A stretch of 64,000 bases of DNA from Escherichia phage iGC_PHA_EC001. Where the stretch lies: sequence record OR437326.1. One strand, given 5' to 3'. Below are positions 53,692 through 61,739 of this stretch, in pieces. Both the position numbers and the translations under genes were made by a program. How positions within the stretch are numbered: position 1 is the first letter of the stretch; each line of letters begins with the position of its first letter. Below the pieces are notes generated by a model. The model had not been told where the DNA came from and searched no databases. It saw only the letters and a list, made by a program, of their open reading frames with translations.

Positions 53692-53964
53692 ATGAATAAA
53701 GATCGGTTTCTTTCTTTAGTCGCGGAAGCGCCTTTTGATGTTCTTGGGGTGAGATTATGGAAAGACAGAAACTATGGGTTAGATGTTCAAACATACTCTC
53801 TTTGGTTGGTTGGGGAGCACAGCTTAGATGAAAGCTTGTGCATGGGTAGGGATTCTCGTTCCCTCTGTTTAAAGTTCAGAAGCTTAGAACGCGCAAACAA
53901 AGAGCAAGAAAAACTAACGAGGTGGCTAAATGAAAACAAGCGCAAGGTTGATGGAGTTTTATAA
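53692..53964 (+). CDS. hypothetical protein (90 aa)
   Basis: ORF-track ORF. Confidence 0.5.
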   Translation: MNKDRFLSLVAEAPFDVLGVRLWKDRNYGLDVQTYSLWLVGEHSLDESLCMGRDSRSLCLKFRSLERANKEQEKLTRWLNENKRKVDGVL

Positions 53965-54256
53965 AATTTATCTAGCATGGATTGATGTTGGTGCTCCTGA
54001 TGGTAAACCTTTTCGGCGGGATTGCGGTTTGTGTGCCAACTTATTCGACTATGTGCACGCGGATGGCTACAATCCCCTTATAACAACCTTGTCAGATGAA
54101 ATGCACGCACAGTTTTACCACAAAGGGTTGAGTCAAGAATTACCCTTCAATGAGAACTACGATGCATATGTCTTAGAATCAGATGCAGAGGTATGTCACC
54201 TGAATGTGGACAGGATTAATTGGGTAAGAGATTGTATTGCAGAGGAGGATGAATAA
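53930..54256 (+). CDS. paralog family A member 4
   Basis: EFYKIYLAWIDVGAPDGKPF..CGLCANL..LPFNEN..CHLNVDRINWVRD. Confidence 0.6.
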   Translation: MKTSARLMEFYKIYLAWIDVGAPDGKPFRRDCGLCANLFDYVHADGYNPLITTLSDEMHAQFYHKGLSQELPFNENYDAYVLESDAEVCHLNVDRINWVRDCIAEEDE

Positions 54257-54426
54257 TGTCGGATTATAACTGGTATGAACTTGAGGCTGTTTGTCAGTTT
54301 TATGACTCAATAGTTCTGCGTGATCCAATCTGTCAAGAATTGAGTCGCCGTGCAAGTGCATTGGCAATCCGTGTTAAAATAAACGGTTGGAACGCAGATT
54401 TGGAAAAGAGTTGGAATTTCTCTTAG
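54256..54426 (+). CDS. hypothetical small protein (56 aa)
   Basis: Own translation MSDYNWYELEAVCQFYDSIVLRDPICQELSRR..; TAATG coupling. Confidence 0.4.
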   Translation: MSDYNWYELEAVCQFYDSIVLRDPICQELSRRASALAIRVKINGWNADLEKSWNFS

Positions 54427-54478
54427 AAAACACGCGGGTCTTCCGCAAAGTGTTCCCTGAATGGTTTGAGATGGAAGA

Positions 54479-54697
54479 ATGATCATGTGGATTGTGCGTC
54501 TTAAGTATGATGGCAAGTTTCCGTGGGAGAAAGATGTTTGTGCTTGTGATTCGGCAGCACATGCCAAAGCAGCGGGTCAGGCAGTAGTTGACATGTATAA
54601 CAACACTTCCGTTGATCCAGAAATGGCAGGTGTTACAATGAGCATGTTCACTTACTATTCTTTTGAGGTTTACTATCATGAAGGAGAGTGGAAATGA
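54479..54697 (+). CDS. hypothetical protein (72 aa)
   Basis: ORF-track ORF. Confidence 0.45.
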   Translation: MIMWIVRLKYDGKFPWEKDVCACDSAAHAKAAGQAVVDMYNNTSVDPEMAGVTMSMFTYYSFEVYYHEGEWK

Positions 54698-55014
54698 GCG
54701 AAGAACTATTAACATTTTACCGCACGTATTTGGCATGGTTGGAAGCTGGTGCTCCTGAAGGCGAACCGTTCACCCGTTGCACAGGTTTGTGCTCGAACCT
54801 CTATGATTTTTACGATATGGGTGAAAGCGAACGATACGAACCCGTACTGGATGAAATGCATGAACAGTTCTACCACAAAGATTTGGTTATGGTGTTGCCT
54901 TTCAACAGTAATTTTGGAAAGTACACCTTAGAAGCGGAAAAAAGCCGTTGTCATTTGAATGTGGATCGTGTGAACTGGGTAAAAGAACGTGTAGCAGAAG
55001 AAATAAATAGTTGA
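54694..55014 (+). CDS. paralog family A member 5
   Basis: Trimmed to MSEELLTFYRTYLAWLEAGAPEGEPF..TGLCSNL..LPFNSN..CHLNVDRVNWVKE. Confidence 0.6.
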   Translation: MSEELLTFYRTYLAWLEAGAPEGEPFTRCTGLCSNLYDFYDMGESERYEPVLDEMHEQFYHKDLVMVLPFNSNFGKYTLEAEKSRCHLNVDRVNWVKERVAEEINS

Positions 55015-55039
55015 CAGAAGGATCTGTCTTTGTCATAAT
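55011..55039 (+). promoter_or_regulatory. sigma70-like promoter with palindrome over -35
   Basis: ttGACAGAaggaTCTGTCtttgt cataat. Confidence 0.45.
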
Positions 55040-55068
55040 CATCTCATCGAAACAAAGAGGAGAAAATC

Positions 55069-55482
55069 ATGAAAAAGTTTATTTGCACCCGTTCCACTAA
55101 CAGTGATATCCTTGTAGGTAAGGTTATCAAAGGAGAACTCTTCCATGCAAACGGTAAGAAATATATTCTGCTGAAAGATTCTTTCAACGGGGAATATCCG
55201 CGCTGCACTTTCTTCAATTACAACACTCCATTTGCTTTAGAAGGAGATGCTTGGGACTGGGCTGAACTCAATCCTTGTTGTGAAGAAGAAGAATCTATGT
55301 TCTCAGGTTTAAACGTTTACCGTGTAGATTACACCATGTGCGGAGCGGAACATTCTGTTCGCGTAGAAGCCGAATCCAAGCTACAAGCACCTTTCAAGGC
55401 GGGATTGACTTTGGGTCATTGTTTGGCAAACATTGAAGATGTTGTGATCCAAAGAGTTGTTTTAGAGAAAGAGGCTATTTGA
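55069..55482 (+). CDS. hypothetical protein (137 aa)
   Basis: ORF-track ORF, RBS aagaggag. Confidence 0.55.
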   Translation: MKKFICTRSTNSDILVGKVIKGELFHANGKKYILLKDSFNGEYPRCTFFNYNTPFALEGDAWDWAELNPCCEEEESMFSGLNVYRVDYTMCGAEHSVRVEAESKLQAPFKAGLTLGHCLANIEDVVIQRVVLEKEAI

Positions 55483-55507
55483 CAGAAAACGGTGCAATAT
55501 TTAAAAT
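55479..55507 (+). promoter_or_regulatory. sigma70-like promoter
   Basis: ttgaca-N17-taaaat. Confidence 0.45.
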
Positions 55508-55535
55508 ATAAAGATTAACCACAAAAGGAGAGAAA

Positions 55536-55835
55536 ATGCAAGTTGAAGACCTGATCCAGATTCTGAATAAAGCCAAAGAGAAGGGTGCTATCAAAGACTG
55601 GAAACGTGAAACGAGTGAAGACCTATCTCACTGTTGCCGAGAATTTTACATCGAAGGTATTGCTGACGATCATTATATTATCGAATGGTATATCAACTTA
55701 ATGACTCTTAAGCACGGTTCGTTTGAGATTTGGTTTGATGACATTGATGTAAATGGTTTTCATCCTGGCTATAAAATCGCTATGCAGTTGTCTTATCGTA
55801 GAGAAGTTGTAGCACATTTGGGTTTACATAACTAA
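55536..55835 (+). CDS. hypothetical protein (99 aa)
   Basis: ORF-track ORF, RBS aaaggagag. Confidence 0.55.
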   Translation: MQVEDLIQILNKAKEKGAIKDWKRETSEDLSHCCREFYIEGIADDHYIIEWYINLMTLKHGSFEIWFDDIDVNGFHPGYKIAMQLSYRREVVAHLGLHN

Positions 55836-55845
55836 GGAGAAAAGA

Positions 55846-56169
55846 ATGGAAGCAGTTGTTAACGAAGCTATTATGAACTTATCCTTCTTGTTAGCTGGTT
55901 TAGGAGGTGTTCTCATAGGTTTGGCTCTTATCTGGTGTATTCGTCGATTAATCGGGTACCGACAAAAAGGTGTTTCATGTTTTGTATCTTACAATTTTAC
56001 AACTGCTTACAGCAATGAAGTTGGATCTGGTAATGCTCAAGCATTTTTACCAACATATCCTCCTACGGTGGAGGATATTCGAAACTTGGAAGTAGAACTT
56101 ATGGGACTAGGTGATAACTATACATCTCTAGTTATTCAAAATATTTTTCGACTAAAACAGGAGGCGTGA
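55846..56169 (+). CDS. membrane protein (107 aa)
   Basis: TM helix LSFLLAGLGGVLIGLALIWCI. Confidence 0.5.
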   Translation: MEAVVNEAIMNLSFLLAGLGGVLIGLALIWCIRRLIGYRQKGVSCFVSYNFTTAYSNEVGSGNAQAFLPTYPPTVEDIRNLEVELMGLGDNYTSLVIQNIFRLKQEA

Positions 56170-56382
56170 ATGAAGGTACATTACCCTCATCCCTTTGATC
56201 CTAAAAACAAAGCCGTAATTCTTCGTCAGTGGCAACGGATTTGTCGTACTAAATGTCCAATCAATAGCCCACACAATGTAGACAAGGACTATCTTGGGAC
56301 ATTTGTTGAATACACTTACATAGACAAAAACAAGCGTAAACAACATGTCGAGGAATACTGCTTAAGAGTAGAATGGCTGTAA
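56170..56382 (+). CDS. hypothetical protein (70 aa)
   Basis: ORF-track ORF. Confidence 0.45.
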   Translation: MKVHYPHPFDPKNKAVILRQWQRICRTKCPINSPHNVDKDYLGTFVEYTYIDKNKRKQHVEEYCLRVEWL

Positions 56383-56394
56383 ATAATAAATACC

Positions 56395-56423
56395 TTGACA
56401 AGTGTTTATTCGTTTTGTAAAGT
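56395..56423 (+). promoter_or_regulatory. sigma70-like promoter
   Basis: ttgaca-N17-taaagt upstream of recombinase gene. Confidence 0.4.
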
Positions 56424-56452
56424 GAGAATACAGCAATAGTTTAGGAGTGGTT

Positions 56453-57124
56453 ATGAAAAAGTTTGTTGTTTACAGTCGTCTTTCTAAACAGAAAAAAGGT
56501 GAGGCACAATATGGTATGGAGAGCCAAGAGAATGATATCCGTTACTTCTTAGACTCTGTGCCTGATGCGGAAGTTATTGGTCAATTTTCTGAATACTATT
56601 CGGGTAAGGGCGATTGGAAGCAACGTAAGGAACTGGTTAAAGCGGTTGAAATGTGTAAAGCTACCGGAGCAACTTTATTGGTAGCTAAAGTTGACCGCTT
56701 GGGTCGTAACAACGCCTCCGTAGCAACTCTTCTAGAAATGATCGATGTTAAGATAGCCATCATGCCAGACGCAGATAAAATGGTTATACAGCTTCTGTCT
56801 GTTCTGGCTGAACAAGAAGTTAGAGGTATTGCTGATCGTATTAAAAAGGGTCTTGCTGTAGCAAAAAGCAAAGGTGTTTTATTAGGCAGTGCTAATCCTA
56901 AAACTGCCGCTGCACGTAGAAAAGGAAAAATGGAATACAACTCTGTTAAAGCAGACGCTTTTGCAGAGACATTCCGTGAACGCTTGGAGATCCTTAGAGA
57001 TTTAAATACACCTTACAAAACTATTGCTGAAAAATTCAATAGTAAGAAAATAGCAACAGCACGTGGTGGTAAATGGGATGCTAAAACTGTTTCTCGTTTG
57101 TGTGCCAGACTGAACATTAAATAG
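56453..57124 (+). CDS. serine recombinase (resolvase/invertase family)
   Basis: Trimmed to MKKFVVYSRLSKQ; catalytic-domain motifs YSRLS..Q....GMESQ and TLLVAKVDRLGRN; C-terminal HTH-like region. Confidence 0.75.
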   Translation: MKKFVVYSRLSKQKKGEAQYGMESQENDIRYFLDSVPDAEVIGQFSEYYSGKGDWKQRKELVKAVEMCKATGATLLVAKVDRLGRNNASVATLLEMIDVKIAIMPDADKMVIQLLSVLAEQEVRGIADRIKKGLAVAKSKGVLLGSANPKTAAARRKGKMEYNSVKADAFAETFRERLEILRDLNTPYKTIAEKFNSKKIATARGGKWDAKTVSRLCARLNIK

Positions 57125-57132
57125 GAGAGGAT

Positions 57133-57555
57133 ATGAAACAAGAAAATGAATCTGTAGATCACTTAATCATGCTGTCAGCCCTTTTTGCCGGATGGGACGT
57201 ATTTTTTGAAAATTTGTTCAATTCTGCTACAGATGGTTCCGATTTTATGCGCCAGTTTAAACGACGAACTGTTGAGGACTATGCTTTCTATTCAGGTCTG
57301 ATTGAAAAAGGTTACGAAGATACAAATACAACACTCACCATTAAAGTTTTAGATGTGATGTTTAGTGTTATAGATGCTATCGACGAAAGTCTTCCGATCC
57401 TAGACAATTGTAATACGAAAGCCTATGTTTACAAAATAGCTCGTGCTTATGTGTCTGCAAACAGTTGTCTTCTTTCCACCCAGATTGCCGTGAACAATCT
57501 TGCCAACTTGTTCGATGAAGGAGAAACTTTTTATGACAATCGATTTGAAGTGTAA
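57133..57555 (+). CDS. hypothetical protein (140 aa)
   Basis: ORF-track ORF. Confidence 0.5.
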   Translation: MKQENESVDHLIMLSALFAGWDVFFENLFNSATDGSDFMRQFKRRTVEDYAFYSGLIEKGYEDTNTTLTIKVLDVMFSVIDAIDESLPILDNCNTKAYVYKIARAYVSANSCLLSTQIAVNNLANLFDEGETFYDNRFEV

Positions 57556-57898
57556 GAGGATTCTTTTAGATTTCTATAATAATTGGTTAGAACACCTCCG
57601 TCTCTTTCCAAGAGAAAGTGGTTACGCTGATGTTGGCTTATGCCGAGGTCTACGTATGTATATAAGTGATGAATTTCGGGCTGAGCATTCTTTAGCATAT
57701 TCTGTTTATGGTATGCAATTAGCCAGTTTTGAAAACGCTGGCTTAGATACAACTTTCCCATTTAACACAGCAAAATCTTTTGAGCAAGAGTGTAAGGAAA
57801 AACGTTGCATGTTTAATGAAAAACGTGTACAGTGGGTTAAGGATCAAGTTAAACAACTGGAACAAGAGTTGGATTTCTTCTATGATGAGGCAGAATAA
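57533..57898 (+). CDS. paralog family A member 6
   Basis: Trimmed to MTIDLKCKRILLDFYNNWL..VGLCRGL..FPFN..CMFNEKRVQWVKDQ. Confidence 0.55.
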   Translation: MTIDLKCKRILLDFYNNWLEHLRLFPRESGYADVGLCRGLRMYISDEFRAEHSLAYSVYGMQLASFENAGLDTTFPFNTAKSFEQECKEKRCMFNEKRVQWVKDQVKQLEQELDFFYDEAE

Positions 57899-58170
57899 TG
57901 GATAGACAAACCTTAAAAACAATGGCAGATGCCACTAATTCCCCATACTTTGAAAAAGTAAGTAAATTGGTAGCTCAAGCCGCAGAGGAAGGATATTATA
58001 ACATAAACATCCACAACCCAAGTCTTATACTAGAAATGCCAGGTGATAAGAAGATACAAGAGAGTATCTGTGAAGGTATTGTTAGTTACTGGCGCGAGCG
58101 TGGGTGTGGTGCAAACATGGCTTTAGACAGTGCAAACGTTGTAAGATATATAAATATTTCTTGGGGGTGA
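57898..58170 (+). CDS. hypothetical protein (90 aa)
   Basis: ORF-track ORF. Confidence 0.5.
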   Translation: MDRQTLKTMADATNSPYFEKVSKLVAQAAEEGYYNINIHNPSLILEMPGDKKIQESICEGIVSYWRERGCGANMALDSANVVRYINISWG

Positions 58171-58211
58171 TTTTATGATTCAATGCACTCATATCCAAAT
58201 TACTTGGAGAG

Positions 58212-58787
58212 ATGAACTTTACCATTTGGGGGCAATTTACTGTAGGGGAAACATACCCTATCATTAAACATAATCCTAACATCGCAAACTTTGACAGGAT
58301 GGTTCTTGTTGAGGACGATCTGGGTCAAACTTATTCTTTAGATCTAAAATATCCGTTTTCTTACGGCTACGATTGGATCGTTACTTTTGAAGACGTGGAG
58401 GAAAATAAAACAATGAACGAAAAAAATTCTTGGTATTATCGTTGTGAACTGCCGCCAGTAGGTGAAAAGGTTATCTTTGTTCCTGATTTGGAAAGATATT
58501 CTTGGGAAAGTTCTTATTCTGTTCCTAAAGAAGGCACCGAAGTTGAAGTTATTGCACATCGCACAACTTCGCATGGTAACGATGTAGCAGTTGTTTTCTG
58601 GGATGATGAAGGCGCTGCTTGTGCAGGTGGCTTTGTTGCAGGTAATTTTGAACCCCTGCCAGATCCTTTGAAGGAGGCAATTTTAGGCGTAGCTTCTTTT
58701 GGACTCTCTTACACATCTGCACAAGAGATCGTGGAAGGTATTTTAAACGGTACCGTTCCAAACGAAATTTTTAAACAGATTAAATAA
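58212..58787 (+). CDS. hypothetical protein (191 aa); start uncertain
   Basis: ORF-track ORF; well-placed RBS precedes an out-of-frame ATG at about 58175. Confidence 0.5.
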   Translation: MNFTIWGQFTVGETYPIIKHNPNIANFDRMVLVEDDLGQTYSLDLKYPFSYGYDWIVTFEDVEENKTMNEKNSWYYRCELPPVGEKVIFVPDLERYSWESSYSVPKEGTEVEVIAHRTTSHGNDVAVVFWDDEGAACAGGFVAGNFEPLPDPLKEAILGVASFGLSYTSAQEIVEGILNGTVPNEIFKQIK

Positions 58788-58793
58788 TAGTTG

Positions 58794-58815
58794 CACCCCG
58801 TTCTGCGGGGTGTTA
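58794..58815 (+). terminator. terminator hairpin
   Basis: caccccg-ttct-gcggggtg then ttattg. Confidence 0.5.
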
Positions 58816-58838
58816 TTGTATATGTAAAGGAGGCGCTA

Positions 58839-59177
58839 ATGTATTACACTGAAGACTACATACTGTATAACTTTTTTAAAGGTTGGTTGAAATGGGCGGA
58901 ACAAGCTCCTGTCGGAGATTGTGTTTTTCCTTGGGATTCTCGTCAAGGTTTGTGTCGTTGTTTGGAAGATTGGCTTATAACCACAAACTACAATTCAGAA
59001 ACTAAGAAATCTACATCAAACAGATTAAAAATGTTATTTGAAGAAGATGGTTTAGATCCAATTTATCCTTTCGGTGAGGAAAGTTTCCACAATGGTCTTT
59101 TCCTTGGCACTCAACATTATGATAAAGATCGCGTAGATTGGGTAAAAGAAAAGGTAGCACAGTATGAATGGGGTTAA
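58839..59177 (+). CDS. paralog family A member 7
   Basis: Trimmed to MYYTEDYILYNFFKGWLKWAE..QGLCRCL..YPFGEE..DKDRVDWVKE, RBS aaaggagg. Confidence 0.55.
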   Translation: MYYTEDYILYNFFKGWLKWAEQAPVGDCVFPWDSRQGLCRCLEDWLITTNYNSETKKSTSNRLKMLFEEDGLDPIYPFGEESFHNGLFLGTQHYDKDRVDWVKEKVAQYEWG

Positions 59178-59367
59178 GAATTATCACCGCTGGTTAGAAA
59201 GCTATCTTAAGAAATGTGAACTTGGCGTTCCAGGTTATACTTACGACACGGACGAGATCCTTGATGAAATGGAAGTTTGGTTTAAAGAGCCTCGTGAACT
59301 ATTGGAAAACATTCTAATGGCTTGGGATGGTACGGCACAAAGCATTGAAGGAGGTAGAAATGAGTAA
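59164..59367 (+). CDS. hypothetical protein (67 aa)
   Basis: ORF-track ORF. Confidence 0.45.
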   Translation: MNGVKNYHRWLESYLKKCELGVPGYTYDTDEILDEMEVWFKEPRELLENILMAWDGTAQSIEGGRNE

Positions 59368-59494
59368 GAAATTGTTTAATATTCGTGAGAACCGTGATGG
59401 ATCGTTCTCTGTAGTCAATGAGTTTAACGTTTCGGTTGGGACTTTTATTACTAAACGTCAAGCAGAACAAGTAAGAGATACTTTAAACAAGTAA
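59360..59494 (+). CDS. hypothetical small protein (44 aa)
   Basis: Own translation MSKKLFNIRENRDGSFSVVNEFNVSVGTFITKRQAEQVRDTLNK; strong RBS gaaggaggt. Confidence 0.45.
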   Translation: MSKKLFNIRENRDGSFSVVNEFNVSVGTFITKRQAEQVRDTLNK

Positions 59495-59511
59495 ATTTTT
59501 AAGGGGGACTT

Positions 59512-59931
59512 ATGTTAGGTAAGATCAAAGCCTTTTTCAAACGTATCATCGAAGGAAGTCCAACAGAAGGTGCATTAGGAAGATCTCTAACAGGAGAACC
59601 ACTTGCCATAATTTCTATCAGTCGGCATGGGGGGTATTCCATTCGACAAACACCTTTAGGTATAAAAGGTAGTATGCTTTCTTGGACAATATCTCAAGTT
59701 GGTGATAACAGACTTGCAGCTATAGCATTGCTTCGTGGGGAGTATGACTATTGTTTATCAGCATCTTGTAAAAAGCACCTCATAGAGCACATTAAAGACA
59801 GAGTAGAAAGAGAAGGCGGATACTTCTTCGAAACTAAGAGAAACGAACAAGGAACTCTTGACTTCACTAAGGTTTACTGGGACAATCATACTCGTCAAAC
59901 TGTTGAACAACTTCTGGAGGAAAGATGTTAA
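59512..59931 (+). CDS. hypothetical protein (139 aa)
   Basis: ORF-track ORF, RBS aagggggac. Confidence 0.55.
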   Translation: MLGKIKAFFKRIIEGSPTEGALGRSLTGEPLAIISISRHGGYSIRQTPLGIKGSMLSWTISQVGDNRLAAIALLRGEYDYCLSASCKKHLIEHIKDRVEREGGYFFETKRNEQGTLDFTKVYWDNHTRQTVEQLLEERC

Positions 59932-60134
59932 AAGCTTTTGCTATATACTCTACTGTAGGATTCTTTTATTGGATTATAGTTATTGTCGGATGTTGGTTAG
60001 GTTCTTCTGTTGTGATGGGAGAATGGTTAACATACAATGTATTTGAATGGGATGTAGTTTGTAGATCATTACTTGTTATATGGACTGCTATTGTTTGTTG
60101 GATAACTGTTAGTCTAACATTAGATCTATATTGA
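59925..60134 (+). CDS. small membrane protein (69 aa)
   Basis: Two hydrophobic segments. Confidence 0.45.
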   Translation: MLKAFAIYSTVGFFYWIIVIVGCWLGSSVVMGEWLTYNVFEWDVVCRSLLVIWTAIVCWITVSLTLDLY

Positions 60135-60236
60135 TTAATAGATGGTAGATAGATGATCATAGTTTATCTACCTTCACTTACGTTTCATACCTCACTATCG
60201 TGAGTAACATGAAACATTATTATATAGAAATCTACT

Positions 60237-60293
60237 ACTCGCTATCGCTCGTAAACATATGTTTAGGGTACCATATTTTTTTGAAAAAGTCAA
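60237..60293. repeat. about 60-bp repeated intergenic element, copy 2
   Basis: ctactactcgctatcgctcg..tttagggtaccatatttttttgaaaaagtcaa; see copy 1 at 28112..28172. Confidence 0.6.
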
Positions 60294-60303
60294 TGCTGAC
60301 TCA

Positions 60304-60390
60304 CCTATCAATTATCCGTTTAAGATAAGTCTTACCTATCAATCTAACTCTTAACTAGTATTGCACCTATAGTAAGACTATTCCTATAGT
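60304..60390. repeat. short direct repeats (iteron-like) in intergenic region
   Basis: cctatcaat twice and cctatagt twice within about 90 bp. Confidence 0.35.
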
Positions 60391-60427
60391 TATTAACCCT
60401 CTTCTTCTGTAGAATGTAATTAGATCC

Positions 60428-60456
60428 TTGACAAACTCACAAAGCTTGTGTTACAT
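60428..60456 (+). promoter_or_regulatory. sigma70-like promoter
   Basis: ttgaca-N17-ttacat upstream of gene 60495. Confidence 0.45.
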
Positions 60457-60494
60457 TGTGTCTCACAGGTGAATAATACCGAACAGGAGGAAGA

Positions 60495-60710
60495 ATGAGT
60501 TCCAATTTTCTATACAAAGCAAAAGATTCACGAGATGGAGAGAACCATTGGTGGTTGATCACAGCAGATGGTGTTATCATCCTACCGTGGGACGGAGAGA
60601 CGAAAGTTCAAATACTAGAGAAAGTAAAAGGTGTTAGTTTTAATGTTAGTCATGACATAACAACTTTCAAAGCTTTTGCTATGAATCCTAGTCTTGTTGC
60701 TGAATGGTAA
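60495..60710 (+). CDS. hypothetical protein (71 aa)
   Basis: RBS aggagg; C-terminal VAEW shared with next gene. Confidence 0.5.
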   Translation: MSSNFLYKAKDSRDGENHWWLITADGVIILPWDGETKVQILEKVKGVSFNVSHDITTFKAFAMNPSLVAEW

Positions 60711-60723
60711 TCCAGGAGAAAAT

Positions 60724-60942
60724 ATGACTAAAATGTATGCAGCCGTTGATAAGCTGGATGGGTCTGATTCTGTTTTTATTTTGAATAAAATGGGTGTCTT
60801 AGTTTATGCCCGAACTTCTCAAAACATAGAACACCAAGTGGAAGCAGCACAAATTTTAGAGCAAATAACCCCTCCATACCTATACTCAAATGTTGAGCGT
60901 TTTAACGATGCACTTGGTTTGACGTTAATAGCGGAATGGTAA
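60724..60942 (+). CDS. hypothetical protein (72 aa)
   Basis: Trimmed to MTKMYAAV; C-terminal IAEW. Confidence 0.5.
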   Translation: MTKMYAAVDKLDGSDSVFILNKMGVLVYARTSQNIEHQVEAAQILEQITPPYLYSNVERFNDALGLTLIAEW

Positions 60943-60944
60943 TA

Positions 60945-61142
60945 ATGGCGAAAATGTTGGAAATTGATAATGTCGTAACAATCACTACGTCCATGCCTTG
61001 TCCTCCTATGCCTTGTCCCTATTGTGGTGGTGCAGGATATGTTATGGCGGATGTAGGTCAAATTTACGAGTGTAACCCGTGCAAAACCACAGGTTATATC
61101 CAAATAGAATCAGAGGAGAAACACTATGAGCCAAAACGCTAA
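60945..61142 (+). CDS. hypothetical Cys-rich protein (65 aa)
   Basis: CPPMPCPYCGG..CNPCK suggests zinc ribbon. Confidence 0.45.
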   Translation: MAKMLEIDNVVTITTSMPCPPMPCPYCGGAGYVMADVGQIYECNPCKTTGYIQIESEEKHYEPKR

Positions 61143-61575
61143 AGAAAAAGAAGTAATCACGGTAATCCGTCAGATGGAAGGTGCCGAAAACAATGCTTTT
61201 GTTACTAAGATTCTTCTTAATATCTTTGAAGATGTTATTTTAAACAATCCTGGTCATAAAGATTATCAGTATGATGTTATGATGGGTGCTTTGCTTGAAA
61301 TTAACAAAAACACTTTTGCTGAATATGAGCAACACATGCTTTTACCAGAGGAAGATCAGGATTATTTGTTATCTGGTGCTTTAAGTGCACAAGAAAATTT
61401 CTACCACGTTCTTAATATGGCTTATGCAGATGAACTTGCTGTTTCCCTTGAAGAGCGGATTCAAATGGTTCGTGACGTAATGAATGAACAAATCCAAGAA
61501 GTTGAAGATCTGGTAGCAGAGCCTTTAGCAGAAATTCGTGCAGCTATTGAAAAACAAAAAGGAACTCAATCATGA
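61126..61575 (+). CDS. hypothetical protein (149 aa)
   Basis: ORF-track ORF. Confidence 0.5.
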   Translation: MSQNAKEKEVITVIRQMEGAENNAFVTKILLNIFEDVILNNPGHKDYQYDVMMGALLEINKNTFAEYEQHMLLPEEDQDYLLSGALSAQENFYHVLNMAYADELAVSLEERIQMVRDVMNEQIQEVEDLVAEPLAEIRAAIEKQKGTQS

Positions 61576-61739
61576 TGCAAGTAGGTGATGTGGTTTGTCT
61601 TAAAGGTGCAAACAAACAAATGACAGTAATAGAAAGTTATGGTGAATCTTGTAAAGTAACTTGGTTCGATGAAAACGGGGAATTGCAACACGCCATACTC
61701 GATCAAAAAGCTTTGAGGAAGGTTGAAGAAAAAGAATGA
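61572..61739 (+). CDS. small protein (55 aa), YodC/DUF2158-like
   Basis: Own translation MMQVGDVVCLKGANKQMTVIESYGE.. resembles the small GD.V.LKSGGP.MTV family; ATGA coupling both ends. Confidence 0.45.
   Translation: MMQVGDVVCLKGANKQMTVIESYGESCKVTWFDENGELQHAILDQKALRKVEEKE

Noticed and set aside
56453-57124. Calling the region an integrated prophage or transposon on the basis of the serine recombinase
   Set aside because: No flanking inverted or direct repeats, no transposase, and the surrounding genes are typical lytic-phage early genes; recombinase annotated without mobile-element call.
34369-58761. Minus-strand ORFs inside the rightward gene block (34369-34614, 38060-38518, 40031-40468, 46952-47269, 47091-47408, 47450-47845, 56596-56940, 58549-58761 and similar)
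   Set aside because: Antisense to co-linear plus-strand genes with cassette promoters or RBS; the 38060-38518 ORF is an artefact of a GC-rich stretch. No independent signals.
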